DNA of 64,000 bases from Pirellulales bacterium. GTDB lineage: Bacteria; Planctomycetota; Planctomycetia; Pirellulales; Thermoguttaceae. The notes beneath the pieces are model-generated. The model had not been told where the DNA came from and ran no database searches. It was given only the letters and a program-made list of their open reading frames with translations. The DNA lies in the NCBI GenBank assembly GCA_963713065.1, contig CAVQKP010000018.1, positions 95,684 through 159,683 on the forward strand, given 5' to 3'. Position numbers and translations under genes: made by a program. Shown here one piece after another: positions 32,792 to 42,747 of the stretch (positions are counted from its first letter, which is position 1; each line of letters begins with the position of its first letter).

Positions 32792-34060
32792 ATGGACAAA
32801 CTAATACTCGAAAACGTCCGCTGTTTCAAAGGCCGCCATGAAATCCCGCTCGCCCCGCTGACGCTGTTAATTGGCGAAAACAGCACGGGTAAATCAACCT
32901 TATTGTCGGCGATTAGATTGGCTTGGGATATTCGACTTGGAAATCCTTTTCCTGATTTTAACGAAGTACCCTTCGACTGGGGGGCATTCGAACAGGTTTC
33001 TCATCTGGAAGGGAAAAATGGTGATAAACAAAAACAATTTAATATTGGTTTCGAAGAACGAATCGTTGCGCCGTCCGGATCGCAGTGTAATTTTGATATC
33101 GAAGCGATATTTAGACCTCATGGTTCGCAACCTGTAATAGATGAATGGCGGATTTTATACGATTCCATACAAATCCAAGCGTGCATTATCGATCAAAATA
33201 AATTCAATATTCGATTGGAAAAAAACGGCCAACGAGATGAAACTATTTATAATGAAGGATCTATAGGAACTGGATTCTTGGCCTTGGCTACCATTGCAAC
33301 TTTTCTGAGGAAATCAAAGATTTTAACTAAGGAAGAGAGCACGAGTTTTGGGGATATGATTCATCAAAACTGGTTGAGAAGGCTCAATAATCGGCCAAAT
33401 GCCGTCGCACCGATTCGCACAAAACCTAAAAGAACCTACGATAGGTTAAGAGAAACACCAAGTCCCGAAGGCGACCATATTCCCATGGTTTTGGCAAGGA
33501 TTCGATCTTCGGAACCGGAATCTTGGGAAACTCTTACTGAAGAATTGACCTTTTTTGGAAAGTCCAGCGGTTTGTTTTCCGGAGTCGAAATAAAACTGCT
33601 AGGCTCTGAAAGCGATCCTTTTCAAGTACAAATTCTGATCGAAAACGTCAAAGTCAATCTCATTGATGTAGGCTATGGGATTAGTCAAATTCTCCCAATC
33701 ATTGTCGATAGTGTTCTTGCCGAAGAAGGCCAAACTCTTCTCATGCAACAACCTGAAGTCCACCTTCATCCCAAAGCACAAGCAGCGCTAGGAAGTTTCT
33801 TTGGTGCCTTGGTTAGTTATAAAAAGCAAATGATTATAGAGACCCATAGCGACTATCTGATCGACCGCATCCGAGCAGATGTTCGGGATGGCAAAAATAA
33901 TCTTGAACCCAAGGACGTCATTCTGCTTTACTTTGAGCGAAAAGGTGCAGCAGTGCAAATTCATCCTATCGAATTGGATTCGGCGGGAAATTTGATCAAT
34001 GTTCCGTCAGGTTATCGGCAATTCTTTCTCGAAGAAACAGAGCGAATTTTGGGGGGGTAG
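32792..34060 (+). CDS. AAA_21/ABC-type ATPase (AAA_15/AAA_21 core with a DUF3696-like C-terminus), defence-system-type ATPase; sits on a low-GC island
   Basis: Walker A 'LLIGENSTGKSTLLSAI', Walker B/D-loop 'LLMQQPEVHLHP', H-loop 'IETHSDYLIDRIRA'. GC is clearly lower than the flanks (about 40-45% by eye). Confidence 0.8.
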   Translation: MDKLILENVRCFKGRHEIPLAPLTLLIGENSTGKSTLLSAIRLAWDIRLGNPFPDFNEVPFDWGAFEQVSHLEGKNGDKQKQFNIGFEERIVAPSGSQCNFDIEAIFRPHGSQPVIDEWRILYDSIQIQACIIDQNKFNIRLEKNGQRDETIYNEGSIGTGFLALATIATFLRKSKILTKEESTSFGDMIHQNWLRRLNNRPNAVAPIRTKPKRTYDRLRETPSPEGDHIPMVLARIRSSEPESWETLTEELTFFGKSSGLFSGVEIKLLGSESDPFQVQILIENVKVNLIDVGYGISQILPIIVDSVLAEEGQTLLMQQPEVHLHPKAQAALGSFFGALVSYKKQMIIETHSDYLIDRIRADVRDGKNNLEPKDVILLYFERKGAAVQIHPIELDSAGNLINVPSGYRQFFLEETERILGG

Positions 34061-34064
34061 AATT

Positions 34065-34517
34065 TTGTGCATTATCATCGATGCCAATGTAGCTTCTAAA
34101 GTATTTGCCGTCCCCTGTCTTGCTGATTACGTTCCTTTGTGGAGATGGATCGAAAAATAGGATGGCAAGATTGTCTATGGCGGCCGACTCGCGAGTGAGC
34201 TACATAAAGTTCATCAGGCAAGAATTCGGTTACTGGCACTTAATCAGGCTGGGAAAGCCTTGCTGTTGAAAAAAGAAGACGTCAATAAGGAAGAGACACA
34301 TGTGCGAAAAACACTTTCATGCAAATCGAATGATTACCATATTATTGCACTTGCTCGGATAAGCGGAGCGAGGATTCTATGCACAGTTGATCAACACTTG
34401 ATTATAGACTTTAAAAACACCAACATCATTGCGCAACCCCAAGGGCAAATATATAAAAATGCCAATCATGAGCATGTATTAGCTCATTGCCAAGGATGCA
34501 TAGGTAGGCCAAGATAA
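34065..34517 (+). pseudogene. Small PIN-like nuclease ORF (about 150 codons) interrupted by an in-frame TAG at 34158-34160; downstream partner of the ATPase
   Basis: TTG 34065 lies 4 nt after the ATPase stop. 'CIIIDANVASKVF' (beta1 with Asp) ... TAG ... 'RLASELHKV' ... 'SNDYHIIALARISGARILCTVDQHLI' (VapC-like C-terminal acidic motifs). Only frame 0 is open across the whole span, so the stop is not a simple indel artifact. Confidence 0.4.
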
Positions 34518-34553
34518 TCTAATCTTTCTATAGGCGTTAGTTCCCATAACAAG

Positions 34554-36182
34554 GTGGATTCCCGCACGCTCTCCCTGCTTCTGAACACTCTTTATCTCGC
34601 TGCAGCGACCTGTGTCGTTAGCGTGCCGTTGGGAATTCTATTGGCGGGCCTGCTTTGGCGGACCGATTATCCGGGGCGGAATTTTTGGCGGGCGGTTCTG
34701 GCGGGGATGCTTTTCGTGCCGCTGTTCCTGCAAACGGCGGCCTGGCAGGCGGGATTCGGTTTGCAGGGGTGGTTTACTTTGACATTCCAATCGCCGGCAC
34801 TGGTGGACGGCTGGCGGGGGGCGATTTGGATTCACAGCATGGCCGCTCTGCCGTGGGTGGTTTTGATTGTGGGGCTGGGGCTGCGGCGGAGCGAACCGGA
34901 GTTGGAAGAAGCGGCCTTGTTGGATGCCTCGCCGGGAAAAGTTTTTTTCCACGTGACGCTGAAAAACGCGCTGCCGGCCATCGGCGCGGCCGTGCTCTGG
35001 GTGGCGGTCACCACCGCGGGCGAAATGACCGTCACCGATTTCTTCGGCATCCGCACCTATGCCGAAGAACTCTACACCCAAATCGCCATCGGCCAGGAGC
35101 CGGGCGTGCCGCCCCCTTCGGTCCTCCTGGGCGTCGCCCTGACGGTCGTGCTGATACTCGGCGGCGTGAAATTGCTGAGCCTTTTCATCCCCCGCGAACG
35201 ATCGCTTACCATTTCGCCAAGCCTGACATTTCCGCTGGGCCGCTGGCGCTGGCCGGTTGTTTTCATAACCGGTTTGTTTTTACTGCTTATGCTCGGCGTG
35301 CCGCTGGGCAGCTTGATCTACAAGGCCGGCGTCGAAGTCGGCAAAACCGCAACCGGCTATGAGCGCAGTTTTTCGATCGGCAAGTGTTTGACGATGATTG
35401 TTCGCGCGCCGGAGGATTTTTCCAGAGAATTCGAATGGTCGCTCTCGATCGGCGCCGTTTCGGCAACGACCGCGGTGGTCCTGGGAACTTTACTGGCATG
35501 GTGGAGCCGAACTTCATCCGGCGCCCGGCCCAAGGTTGACGCGGACGGGAGAAAAACTTCGAACACACCGCAACATGCCCACGACAAGCGTGGGCATGGC
35601 ACCCGGCATGGCACCGGGAAGTATTTTTTCAATTTTCAATATGCAATTTGCAACCGCCAATTTGCGATCCTCCTTGTCATCGCCGTCCTTTTTTCCCTGC
35701 CCGGCCCGGTACTGAGCCTGATCGTCATCCACCTGCTCAACCGGCCCGAAGCACCGCCGCTCTGCTGGCTTTACGATCATACGATTCTCGCGCCGGCGTT
35801 AGTGTCGATCTTCAAAGGCCTTCCGGCCACGACGCTGGTGATGTGGTACGCCATGCAATCGATTCCGCGCGAGATATTGGAAAGCGCAACGGTCGATGGG
35901 GCCGGATCGTGGGCGCTGCTATTTCGCATCGCCTTGCCCATGCGCTGGCCGGCGGCCGTCGCGGCGTGGCTGATCGCCCTGGCTCTTTCGCTGGGCGATC
36001 TGGCGGCCAGCATTCTCGTCGTGCCGCCGGGCGTGAGCACCCTCTCGATCTCGATTTTCAGCCTCTTGCACTACGGCGTGGAAGATCGCGTGGCCGGCGT
36101 CTGTCTGGCGCTGCTGATGATCTTCGCCGGCCTGGCGTGGGCCACGCTTCTGGTCGCTCGCCGCATGGTAAAATCGCGATAA
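34554..36182 (+). CDS. ABC transporter permease, two-domain fused type (FbpB/ThiP-like)
   Basis: 542 aa, 2x six-TM permease halves with 'EAA'-type loops. The cytoplasmic linker carries an in-frame REP-like insertion (QHAHDKRGHGTRHGTGK). Confidence 0.8.
   Translation: MDSRTLSLLLNTLYLAAATCVVSVPLGILLAGLLWRTDYPGRNFWRAVLAGMLFVPLFLQTAAWQAGFGLQGWFTLTFQSPALVDGWRGAIWIHSMAALPWVVLIVGLGLRRSEPELEEAALLDASPGKVFFHVTLKNALPAIGAAVLWVAVTTAGEMTVTDFFGIRTYAEELYTQIAIGQEPGVPPPSVLLGVALTVVLILGGVKLLSLFIPRERSLTISPSLTFPLGRWRWPVVFITGLFLLLMLGVPLGSLIYKAGVEVGKTATGYERSFSIGKCLTMIVRAPEDFSREFEWSLSIGAVSATTAVVLGTLLAWWSRTSSGARPKVDADGRKTSNTPQHAHDKRGHGTRHGTGKYFFNFQYAICNRQFAILLVIAVLFSLPGPVLSLIVIHLLNRPEAPPLCWLYDHTILAPALVSIFKGLPATTLVMWYAMQSIPREILESATVDGAGSWALLFRIALPMRWPAAVAAWLIALALSLGDLAASILVVPPGVSTLSISIFSLLHYGVEDRVAGVCLALLMIFAGLAWATLLVARRMVKSR
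35574..35618. repeat. REP-like element copy (family A): CATGCCCACGACAAGCGTGGGCATG + 2x GCATGGCACC, inserted in-frame (15 codons) in the permease inter-domain linker
   Basis: The 25-mer is identical to 27063-27087. 35574 is codon-aligned with the permease frame. Confidence 0.6.
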
Positions 36183-36272
36183 ACGGCAGAGATGGAAAAA
36201 AGATGCCGCCGTCGATGTTTTCTGTTATAGTGGAGAGTAGCAAATAAACGAGGATTACAGAAACCAATAAAA

Positions 36273-37415
36273 ATGAATAGATACCGTGGTGCTCGATTCC
36301 TGTTGTTGATCTTGTTTTCTCTCGTCGCCCAAGTTTCGGCGATGGATCACGTCACCTTTCGCCACGACGGAAAAGAGCGGCAGGTGAGCGGCAGGCTGGT
36401 GGTCACGGCGGAGGACGGGGGGCTTCTGCTGCTGGGGCGCGACGGCGCGCTTTGGGCCATCCCGCCGGACGAGCAGGTCAAGCATACGAGCGATGACGGT
36501 CCTTTCAAGCCCTTCACTCGCGAGGAGTTGGCGAAAATACTGCTTGCCGAACTGCCGCCCGGTTTCGAAGTTTTGAACACCGCGCATTACATGATTTTGT
36601 ATGACACCTCGAAACCCTACGCGAGTTGGTGCGGTTCGCTTTTCGAGCGGCTATACATGGCATTCACCAATTATTGGAGCCGGAAGGGTTTTGCGCTCGA
36701 GGCGCCGGAATTTCCGCTGGTGGCGATCGTGTTCGCCGACCGCGGCCGCGTATTTGAAATTTTGCAAGCCCGATTTGGGCGACGCCGGCGGCTCGATCGT
36801 GGGCTATTTCAACTTGATGTCGAATCGGATGACGATGTACGACCTGTCGGGCTTGGAAATGGGCGGCGGTCGCGGGGGCGCGGCACGATGGCGCAGATCA
36901 ACCAGATTCTCTCGCAGCCGCGGTCGCAGCAAACCGTGGCGACGATCGTCCACGAGGCGACGCATCAAATCGCCTTCAATTGCGGATTGCACACGCGGCT
37001 TTCCGATTGCCCTTCGTGGTTCAGCGAGGGGATCGCGCTGTTTTTCGAAACGCCCGACTTGCGGAGCCAGAAAGGGTGGAGCGGCATAGGGGGCATCAAC
37101 TATCCGCGGCTGGAGAGATTTCAAAAACTGCTTCCCACCCGCGCGGCCGATTCGCTGGAAACACTGATCGCGACCGACAAGCGCTTCCACGACACGAAAC
37201 AAGGGCTCGACGCCTACGCCGAAGCCTGGGCGCTGACCTACTTCCTCATCCGCCAAAAGCCCAAGGAATATGTCGCCTACTTGAGACTGCTTTCGCAAAA
37301 GAAGCCGCTCTTGACGGAAACGCCGGAAAAAAGAAAGGCGGAGTTCGAGGATGTTTTCGGCAACCTGCAGAAATTGGACGAAGAATTTTTAAGATACATG
37401 GGACGGGTGAAATAA
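36273..37415 (+). CDS. DUF1570-like secreted protein with HExxH zinc-metallopeptidase motif (two frameshifts)
   Basis: Signal peptide 'MNRYRGARFLLLILFSLVAQVSA'. 'TIVHEATHQIAFN'. The middle piece 36601-37089 (…DLGDAGGSIVGYFNLMSNRMTMYDLSG…) bridges the frames. Confidence 0.6.
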   Translation: MNRYRGARFLLLILFSLVAQVSAMDHVTFRHDGKERQVSGRLVVTAEDGGLLLLGRDGALWAIPPDEQVKHTSDDGPFKPFTREELAKILLAELPPGFEVLNTAHYMILYDTSKPYASWCGSLFERLYMAFTNYWSRKGFALEAPEFPLVAIVFADRGRVFEILQARFGRRRRLDRGLFQLDVESDDDVRPVGLGNGRRSRGRGTMAQINQILSQPRSQQTVATIVHEATHQIAFNCGLHTRLSDCPSWFSEGIALFFETPDLRSQKGWSGIGGINYPRLERFQKLLPTRAADSLETLIATDKRFHDTKQGLDAYAEAWALTYFLIRQKPKEYVAYLRLLSQKKPLLTETPEKRKAEFEDVFGNLQKLDEEFLRYMGRVK

Positions 37416-37421
37416 ATGCTT

Positions 37422-38991
37422 CTATCCCGCCGCCAGGTGCCGTTCGACCTGGCGGATGGCTTCATCGACTTCCCACGTGCGTTCGGCGAGGTGCAGCGGC
37501 TGGCCGGAGGACATCCAGCGATCGACGCGTTTTTGGGCCGAAACTACGGTGCTGTGGCTGCGGCGGCCGAAGAAGTGGCCGATCTCGCTCAAGGCCGCCC
37601 GAGTGTGCTTGCGGGCGAGCCACATGGCCAGCATTCGCGGATGGCTTACGCGCGTCGATTTGTCGTCGGCCTGCAAACTTGCCGGATCGAGGCCGAAAAC
37701 GTCGCAGACCGCCTTTTCGATGTCGCCCAGCCGCACGACGCGGCTGCTGTGGTGGATCATCTCGGCCAGCGCCTCTTCGGCCAACGTCCGCGTGATCGGC
37801 CGCCGCAAGCGCCTCGCTCGTCGCCCGCAAACGGCAAAGCGCGCCGGAAAGCTCCCGGGCGTGGTTCGTGAGTTTTGCGGCGACGTATTCCCGGGCGTCC
37901 TGCGGGATTTGCAGCTTCATCCGCCGCGCCAGTTGCCCGACGATTCCCAGCCGCGTGGCGTAGTCGGGCGGATCGATGCGGCAGACCATGCCGCTGGCCA
38001 GCCGCGTCGTCAATTCCGGCCCCAATTCGGCCAGTTCGACCGGCGAACGGTCGGCGGCGAACACCAGTTGCCGATGTTCGCGCATCAGCGTGTCGATCGT
38101 GTGCAGCAGTTCGACCTGCGTCGCCCGTTTGCCGACCATGAATTGCAGATCGTCGAGAACCAGCAGGCCCACGCCGCGGTACTTGCGGCGGAAACTCGGC
38201 AGGCCGCTGCCGCGCAGCGCCTCGAGAAAATGGCTGGTGAACTGTTCGGCCGAGAGATAGACCGCGGTCACGTTGCGGGAGCGCTTTCGGAATGCCGACC
38301 AGATGCCTTCGAGGAGGTGCGTTTTGCCCACGCTGGTCGAGCCGTGGATCAGCAGCGGCGTGATCTGGCCCGGCTGCCGGATGACCATCTCGGCCGAGGT
38401 CAACGCCAGCTTGTTCGACGGCCCCGCCACGAAAGAATCCAGCGAGGAGAACTTTCGGCCGCCGGCGGCGTTGGAATTCGCACAGTCGCCCGGCTGGGCC
38501 GCCTCGTCCGCGGAAACCGCCGCTATCCGCAACGCCGTCCGTTCCGCCGCGAGGGCGGGCTGCGGGGCGCTGCCGGCTTGATGCAAGGCGGTCTCGGGCA
38601 TGGAATATTTATCTCGAGGGTGAGAAACTATTTCTTGCTCGCTGCGAATGTTTTCTCGTCGCGGCGGATCTATATGGTGGCTGGAGCAATCGGTCGCCAA
38701 GTGCGGAGAATTATTTTCCGTGCGAGCCGTGCGGGCTTTGCCGCCGACGATGTGGAAATCGATGGCCGGGCAGCAGCCCAAAACGTCTTCGCACGCCTCG
38801 GCGATCTGGCGGCGGAAATTTCCTCGAATCCAATCCAGGAAACATTGATTGGGCACGCCGATTCGCAGGGCCTTGCCGTCGAACGACAAATGCGTACTCG
38901 TGCCGAACCACAAATCGTATCGTTTTTTCTCGACCTTGCCGGCCAGCGCATCTTGCAAAGCCGACACGATCTCCCTATCGTCCTTGGTCAC
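37422..38991 (-). CDS. dnaA: Chromosomal replication initiator DnaA (one frameshift near 37.81 kb)
   Basis: GTG start. 'MTKDDREIVSALQDAL...'. AAA+ 'LLIHGSTSVGKTHLL', 'VLDDLQF'. Domain IV 'VFGLDPASLQADDKSTRVSHPRMLAMWLARKHT' lies in the adjacent frame 37422-37808. Confidence 0.9.
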
Positions 38992-39541
38992 TTCTTCCTA
39001 CCCTGTCCTTCGGCGCACACGTTGACCCCGGCACGCTCAATGATTTTTGCTCGCTCACGCAAACTGGAGTGGATTTTCGGAGATTATTGCGCGTCTTCCC
39101 GCGGCGAATGCCGCGAGGCGTTCCATCTTGTCACTCACACGCGAATAACAAGATTTTAACGTTGCTAGCAGCGATGTCAAAGCCTCCCGGCAAGGCCGCC
39201 GCCGGAATTTTCCCGGCGATTTTTTTTCGTGGCGGAATCGCGGGGAAATGCGGAAAATTCCGAGCGAAATATTTTCTTTCCGCTTGGCTGCCGGCAGCCG
39301 CTTCCCACGTGCAAAACCTGTTCAAACGGCTCGTGCCAAACCGCTTTCCTCCACTTCAGTTCAATCTCGAAAGGCTTTGCCTGCAACGGTTTGGCGAAAC
39401 GCTCGCGGAAATAATGGGAAGCCGAGCGCACCGGCAGGGCGTTTTTTGCAGGGTGGAGATGTGCGGATAGCAAGGGGATTCCGAATACAGCGATCGGGCG
39501 TTTTTTTTATTTCGCACTTGATAGCACTCCATCCCCCGCCC
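38992..39541. promoter_or_regulatory. dnaA upstream non-coding region (550 bp): candidate replication origin/dnaA promoter with an inverted pair CGGAATTTTCC (39203-39213) / GGAAAATTCCG (39252-39262) and an AT-rich stretch near 39499
   Basis: Position relative to dnaA, with no ORF of note. No canonical TTATCCACA box found; the closest is AGTGGATTT at 39068. Confidence 0.3.
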
Positions 39542-40489
39542 TCACCCCCGCCGATAATACACTCTTCGACGATCCCAGGCGCGAAACCCCACTGCCGAGT
39601 ACATGGCAATTGCCGGACGATTCGCGGCATCGACGGCCAGCACCAGCCGCGCGCGGCCGAGAACACGGGTTTGCCACTGGGCAAAACGGGCGATCTCTAT
39701 TCCCCACCCCCGGCCGCGCGTCTCCGGCGACACCCCCATATAAACCAGTTCCACGTTGTCATACTCGGGATGATCGGCCAAGAACAAGCAACCTGCGTCT
39801 TGCCCATTGTGCTGGACGATCGACCACAACTCCGGATGAAATATACTGCTGGATTGATAGCCCTCCAATACCGCCTCGATATCTCGTACATCGTTAAGCT
39901 TTGGGCAATCCAGCGAATGTTGGTAGGTTGCATCGATAAGATTTTTCAACCGTTCCCGCAGGCGTGAATCGTAAGGGAGAAAGCTCAATGCAGAAGGAGG
40001 TTGACTTGGGGGAAATTCTTCCGGAAGGCAGGCCAGATAAAGCAGATCGGTCAGGTAGTCGTATCCGCCTCGCACAAGCAGATTCTCCTCCGTCTCGGAA
40101 ATTTGCTCGAAAAGCATTTGAGACAACTCGATCTGTTGCTCATGGAGCCAAGCGTTGCTGGCCCGCATGAGTTGGACCGCTGTTTCCGATGTTTCGCCGG
40201 GAATCAGGCGGGGGAGCCATGCTTGGGCTGTTTTTCCGGGCAGAAGATGCGCGAAAATCGCTCCCACAAGTTGATTTTGCCGATATGCCCCGAGCAATCC
40301 AGCCGAACAGTTCCCGCCGGACAGGGGGGTGAATAAAATGCTTTCAATCTGCTCGTCGCGAGCCTTGGGAGTGAGAAAACTGAAAATCAGAGTGAGAGCC
40401 GCTGGTTTATCTTCCGCCGGCACGGGTGTAATGATCGGCGATGGTGATCGATCTTCCATCATATTCGATAAGATAGCTGAAATCTTCAA
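39542..40489 (-). CDS. GNAT-family N-acetyltransferase
   Basis: C-terminal 'VELVYMGVSPETRGRGWGIEIARFA...LVLAVDAANRPAIAMYSAVGF' is the acetyl-CoA-binding motif A/B. Confidence 0.6.
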   Translation of the reverse strand: MKISAILSNMMEDRSPSPIITPVPAEDKPAALTLIFSFLTPKARDEQIESILFTPLSGGNCSAGLLGAYRQNQLVGAIFAHLLPGKTAQAWLPRLIPGETSETAVQLMRASNAWLHEQQIELSQMLFEQISETEENLLVRGGYDYLTDLLYLACLPEEFPPSQPPSALSFLPYDSRLRERLKNLIDATYQHSLDCPKLNDVRDIEAVLEGYQSSSIFHPELWSIVQHNGQDAGCLFLADHPEYDNVELVYMGVSPETRGRGWGIEIARFAQWQTRVLGRARLVLAVDAANRPAIAMYSAVGFRAWDRRRVYYRRG

Positions 40490-40599
40490 ATTGCGTTAGA
40501 CGTCTCTGGGACGGAGAGGGTATAATTCGGGGAGGATTGCATTGCCTTCCTTTCTGCGCGTGATGATTTGCGTTCGACAAATCGATCAAGGATTCTATC

Positions 40600-41565
40600 A
40601 TGAACAGGCGATACCTCACGAGCCGTTGGTGGATAAGTTTTTTTCTCCTCTTCTCCTTTTCCTCCGCGAGCACCGCTTGGTCGCAGACGCCTTTGGAGCG
40701 ATTGGAGAATCAGATACGGCAGCGCGTCGGACAGCAACCGACGCCTCCTCCGCCGCAGCCGGGAATTTCTGCCCCGAACTCCGCCATTCCAGAAACCGAA
40801 CCGGCTTCGCCAGCGGAAAACAGGGAACCGGGTTACCTCGGTCTGTTGGCTGATGACAGTCATGACCGCGGCCGGGGTGTGCGCGTGCTCGAGGTCCGTG
40901 CCGATGGGCCGGCCGCGAAGGGGGGTTTGAAGAAACAAGATCTTATCACCTCCGTGGCGGGCGTGCGCACGCGGCAGATGTCGGAAATGTCGGACGTGTT
41001 GAATCTTTATGCTGCCGGCGAGGTAGTCGAGTTTGAGGTCCTCCGCGACAACAAACCGCTTCCGGTGAAAGTTACGCTCGGACGGCGTCCGCCGCAAAAT
41101 GTTCCCGCCGAACCGAGCACCGAGGCGATTCCCCCTCCGCCGGGCGAAGCGATTTCCAACGAATCGACGCAGGCGCCATCAAAAGACGCATCCCCGCCGG
41201 AGGGAGCGAAAAAATCATCGTTTTTGGAACCATTCAAACTGAAATCGACAAATCCCGGCGAACAGAAGCCGGCCGAATCGGGCGAAATCGCGCCGCCCGC
41301 TCTTCTCCCTCCTCGCAACACTGCTCCAGACGAACGCCCCAACCTCGAACAACTCCAAAAACGCGTCGAGGAACTCGAACGCCGTGTGGCGGAGTTGGAA
41401 AAGGCGCTTGCGGATGTGAAAAGGGAAACAAAGATTGAAGCAAGGAAAATTCAGGCATCTTTCCGACTTCGTCAATCGTTGTTTTCCGCGATCTTGATTG
41501 CCAGCAAATCCAATTGGCTTTTCAAGTCGGTGAGCAGAAGTTGGGCATTTGCGCCGCCGGCATAA
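40600..41565 (+). CDS. Secreted PDZ-domain protein with Pro-rich linker and C-terminal coiled coil
   Basis: Signal peptide 'MNRRYLTSRWWISFFLLFSFSSASTAWS'. PDZ 'GVRVLEVRADGPAAKGGLKKQDLITSVAGVRTRQMSEMSDVLNLYAAGEVVEFEVLRD'. Coiled coil 'LEQLQKRVEELERRVAELEKALADVKRE'. The 3' end is uncertain. Confidence 0.55.
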   Translation: MNRRYLTSRWWISFFLLFSFSSASTAWSQTPLERLENQIRQRVGQQPTPPPPQPGISAPNSAIPETEPASPAENREPGYLGLLADDSHDRGRGVRVLEVRADGPAAKGGLKKQDLITSVAGVRTRQMSEMSDVLNLYAAGEVVEFEVLRDNKPLPVKVTLGRRPPQNVPAEPSTEAIPPPPGEAISNESTQAPSKDASPPEGAKKSSFLEPFKLKSTNPGEQKPAESGEIAPPALLPPRNTAPDERPNLEQLQKRVEELERRVAELEKALADVKRETKIEARKIQASFRLRQSLFSAILIASKSNWLFKSVSRSWAFAPPA

Positions 41566-42308
41566 TGAGCGTAAAAGCGCTGGACGAAGGACTTTGCGCC
41601 GTGCCCAGAAGCGCGGCGGCGGTTTTCAGATCGTGGAGTTCTTCATCGACTTCATCGAGTTTGGCTGCGGCGGTGCGGTTTTCGCGCCCCACGCGATCGA
41701 GTTGCATGACCAAGCCGACCAGCAAGACGACTTGGCCGCCGACGATGAATGGCAGGCCGAAATTCCAAAAATCCGGGCGGTCGTTGAGGACCGAACAGCC
41801 CAGCGAAATGCCCCCGCCCAGCAAGGCCGCCACGCCCAGCAGTATCGCCGTCCACGTGAGGAAGACAAGCACGGCGGAATCCCGCGGCGGAGCGGACTGC
41901 ATTTTTTTGGACCCGGCGGCGAAATTCGCAGGTCCTCTTTTCGGATCCGTGCCGGACTTGGCGCGAACCGGTTTGAGGCGATGCCTTTCGGCGATTTTAC
42001 GATGGGCCGAATCGATGCGGGTGTGCTTGTCGCCCGATTCCGCGGCCGACCGAGAATGTTTTTTATTGATGCGAAGCTCGCGTTCGATGTGCCGAAGTCG
42101 CTCGTCGGTCTCCCAATCGTCGGCGTCGGCGGCGGAATAAGTAGTCGTGTCGGAAAGCGAATCTTCGAAGGAAGCGCGTAGGAGCGGATTTTCGCTTGAT
42201 GGGGATGATCTCCAGATCCAAGCCGCATCGCGGACAGCAACTCTTCCCTTCATTCGAGGGCGCCAGCACGGGAACGTCTTGTTGGCATCGTCGGCACCAC
42301 ATGAGCAT
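41522..42308 (-). CDS. Membrane protein with N-terminal zinc ribbon (CxxC...CxxC), two TM helices and C-terminal coiled coil; one frameshift
   Basis: 'MLMWCRRCQQDVPVLAPSNEGKSCCPRCGLDL' (frame 42063-42374) joins 'TAILLGVAALLGGGISLG...LPFIVGGQVVLLVGLVMQL' (frame 41522-42253). Confidence 0.45.
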
Positions 42309-42501
42309 CAATTCTCTACGCGAAAAGGTCGGTCGCCGGAAACACTTGCAAGAAAAAGGCAGCGACAGTTCCAATCTTCACGATATAGAATCGGCAAAGG
42401 GTGTGTTAATCTATAGCGATTTCGTAAGTTCTAAGGATTGTCGCGCGATAAAATGGGATATTTATGGTGAATGCATAATTGCCTTGGCCGCAGCGCGAAA
42501 G

Positions 42502-42551
42502 GGGACAGTCCCATTTTTGTGGCCTCCTGCCCCAAAAATCGGGACAGTCCC
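42502..42551. repeat. Inverted repeat GGGACAGTCCCATTTTTG ... CAAAAATCGGGACAGTCCC (18-bp arms, 13-bp spacer) in the intergenic region upstream of the zinc-ribbon membrane protein gene
   Basis: Read directly. Each arm core GGGAC-N-GTCCC is itself a small palindrome. Confidence 0.4.
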
Positions 42552-42747
42552 CAGATTTACTTCTTTTTCTTCTTCGATTTCTTCTTCTGTCCTTTTTGCA
42601 TTCCCCAGTGCACTTTTTTCCGCGACAGTAGGGGCAACTCATGGTAGTGCTCCAATATTTTGATAGGGGTGATCAAACAAGGAAACTGTGTTCCAGCAGG
42701 TAACAATGCCTGAAGTAAAAGCATAAACTGTGATTCATTCCCCTGCA

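Noticed and set aside
34260-34517. 85-aa ORF called as a stand-alone gene.
   Set aside because: The same frame is open upstream to TTG 34065 except for one TAG, and the upstream part supplies the PIN beta1 Asp strand. It is treated as the 3' part of one interrupted PIN-like gene.
38992-39541. Search for canonical DnaA boxes TTATCCACA/TGTGGATAA near dnaA.
   Set aside because: No canonical box was found. The region is kept only as a low-confidence oriC candidate on positional grounds.
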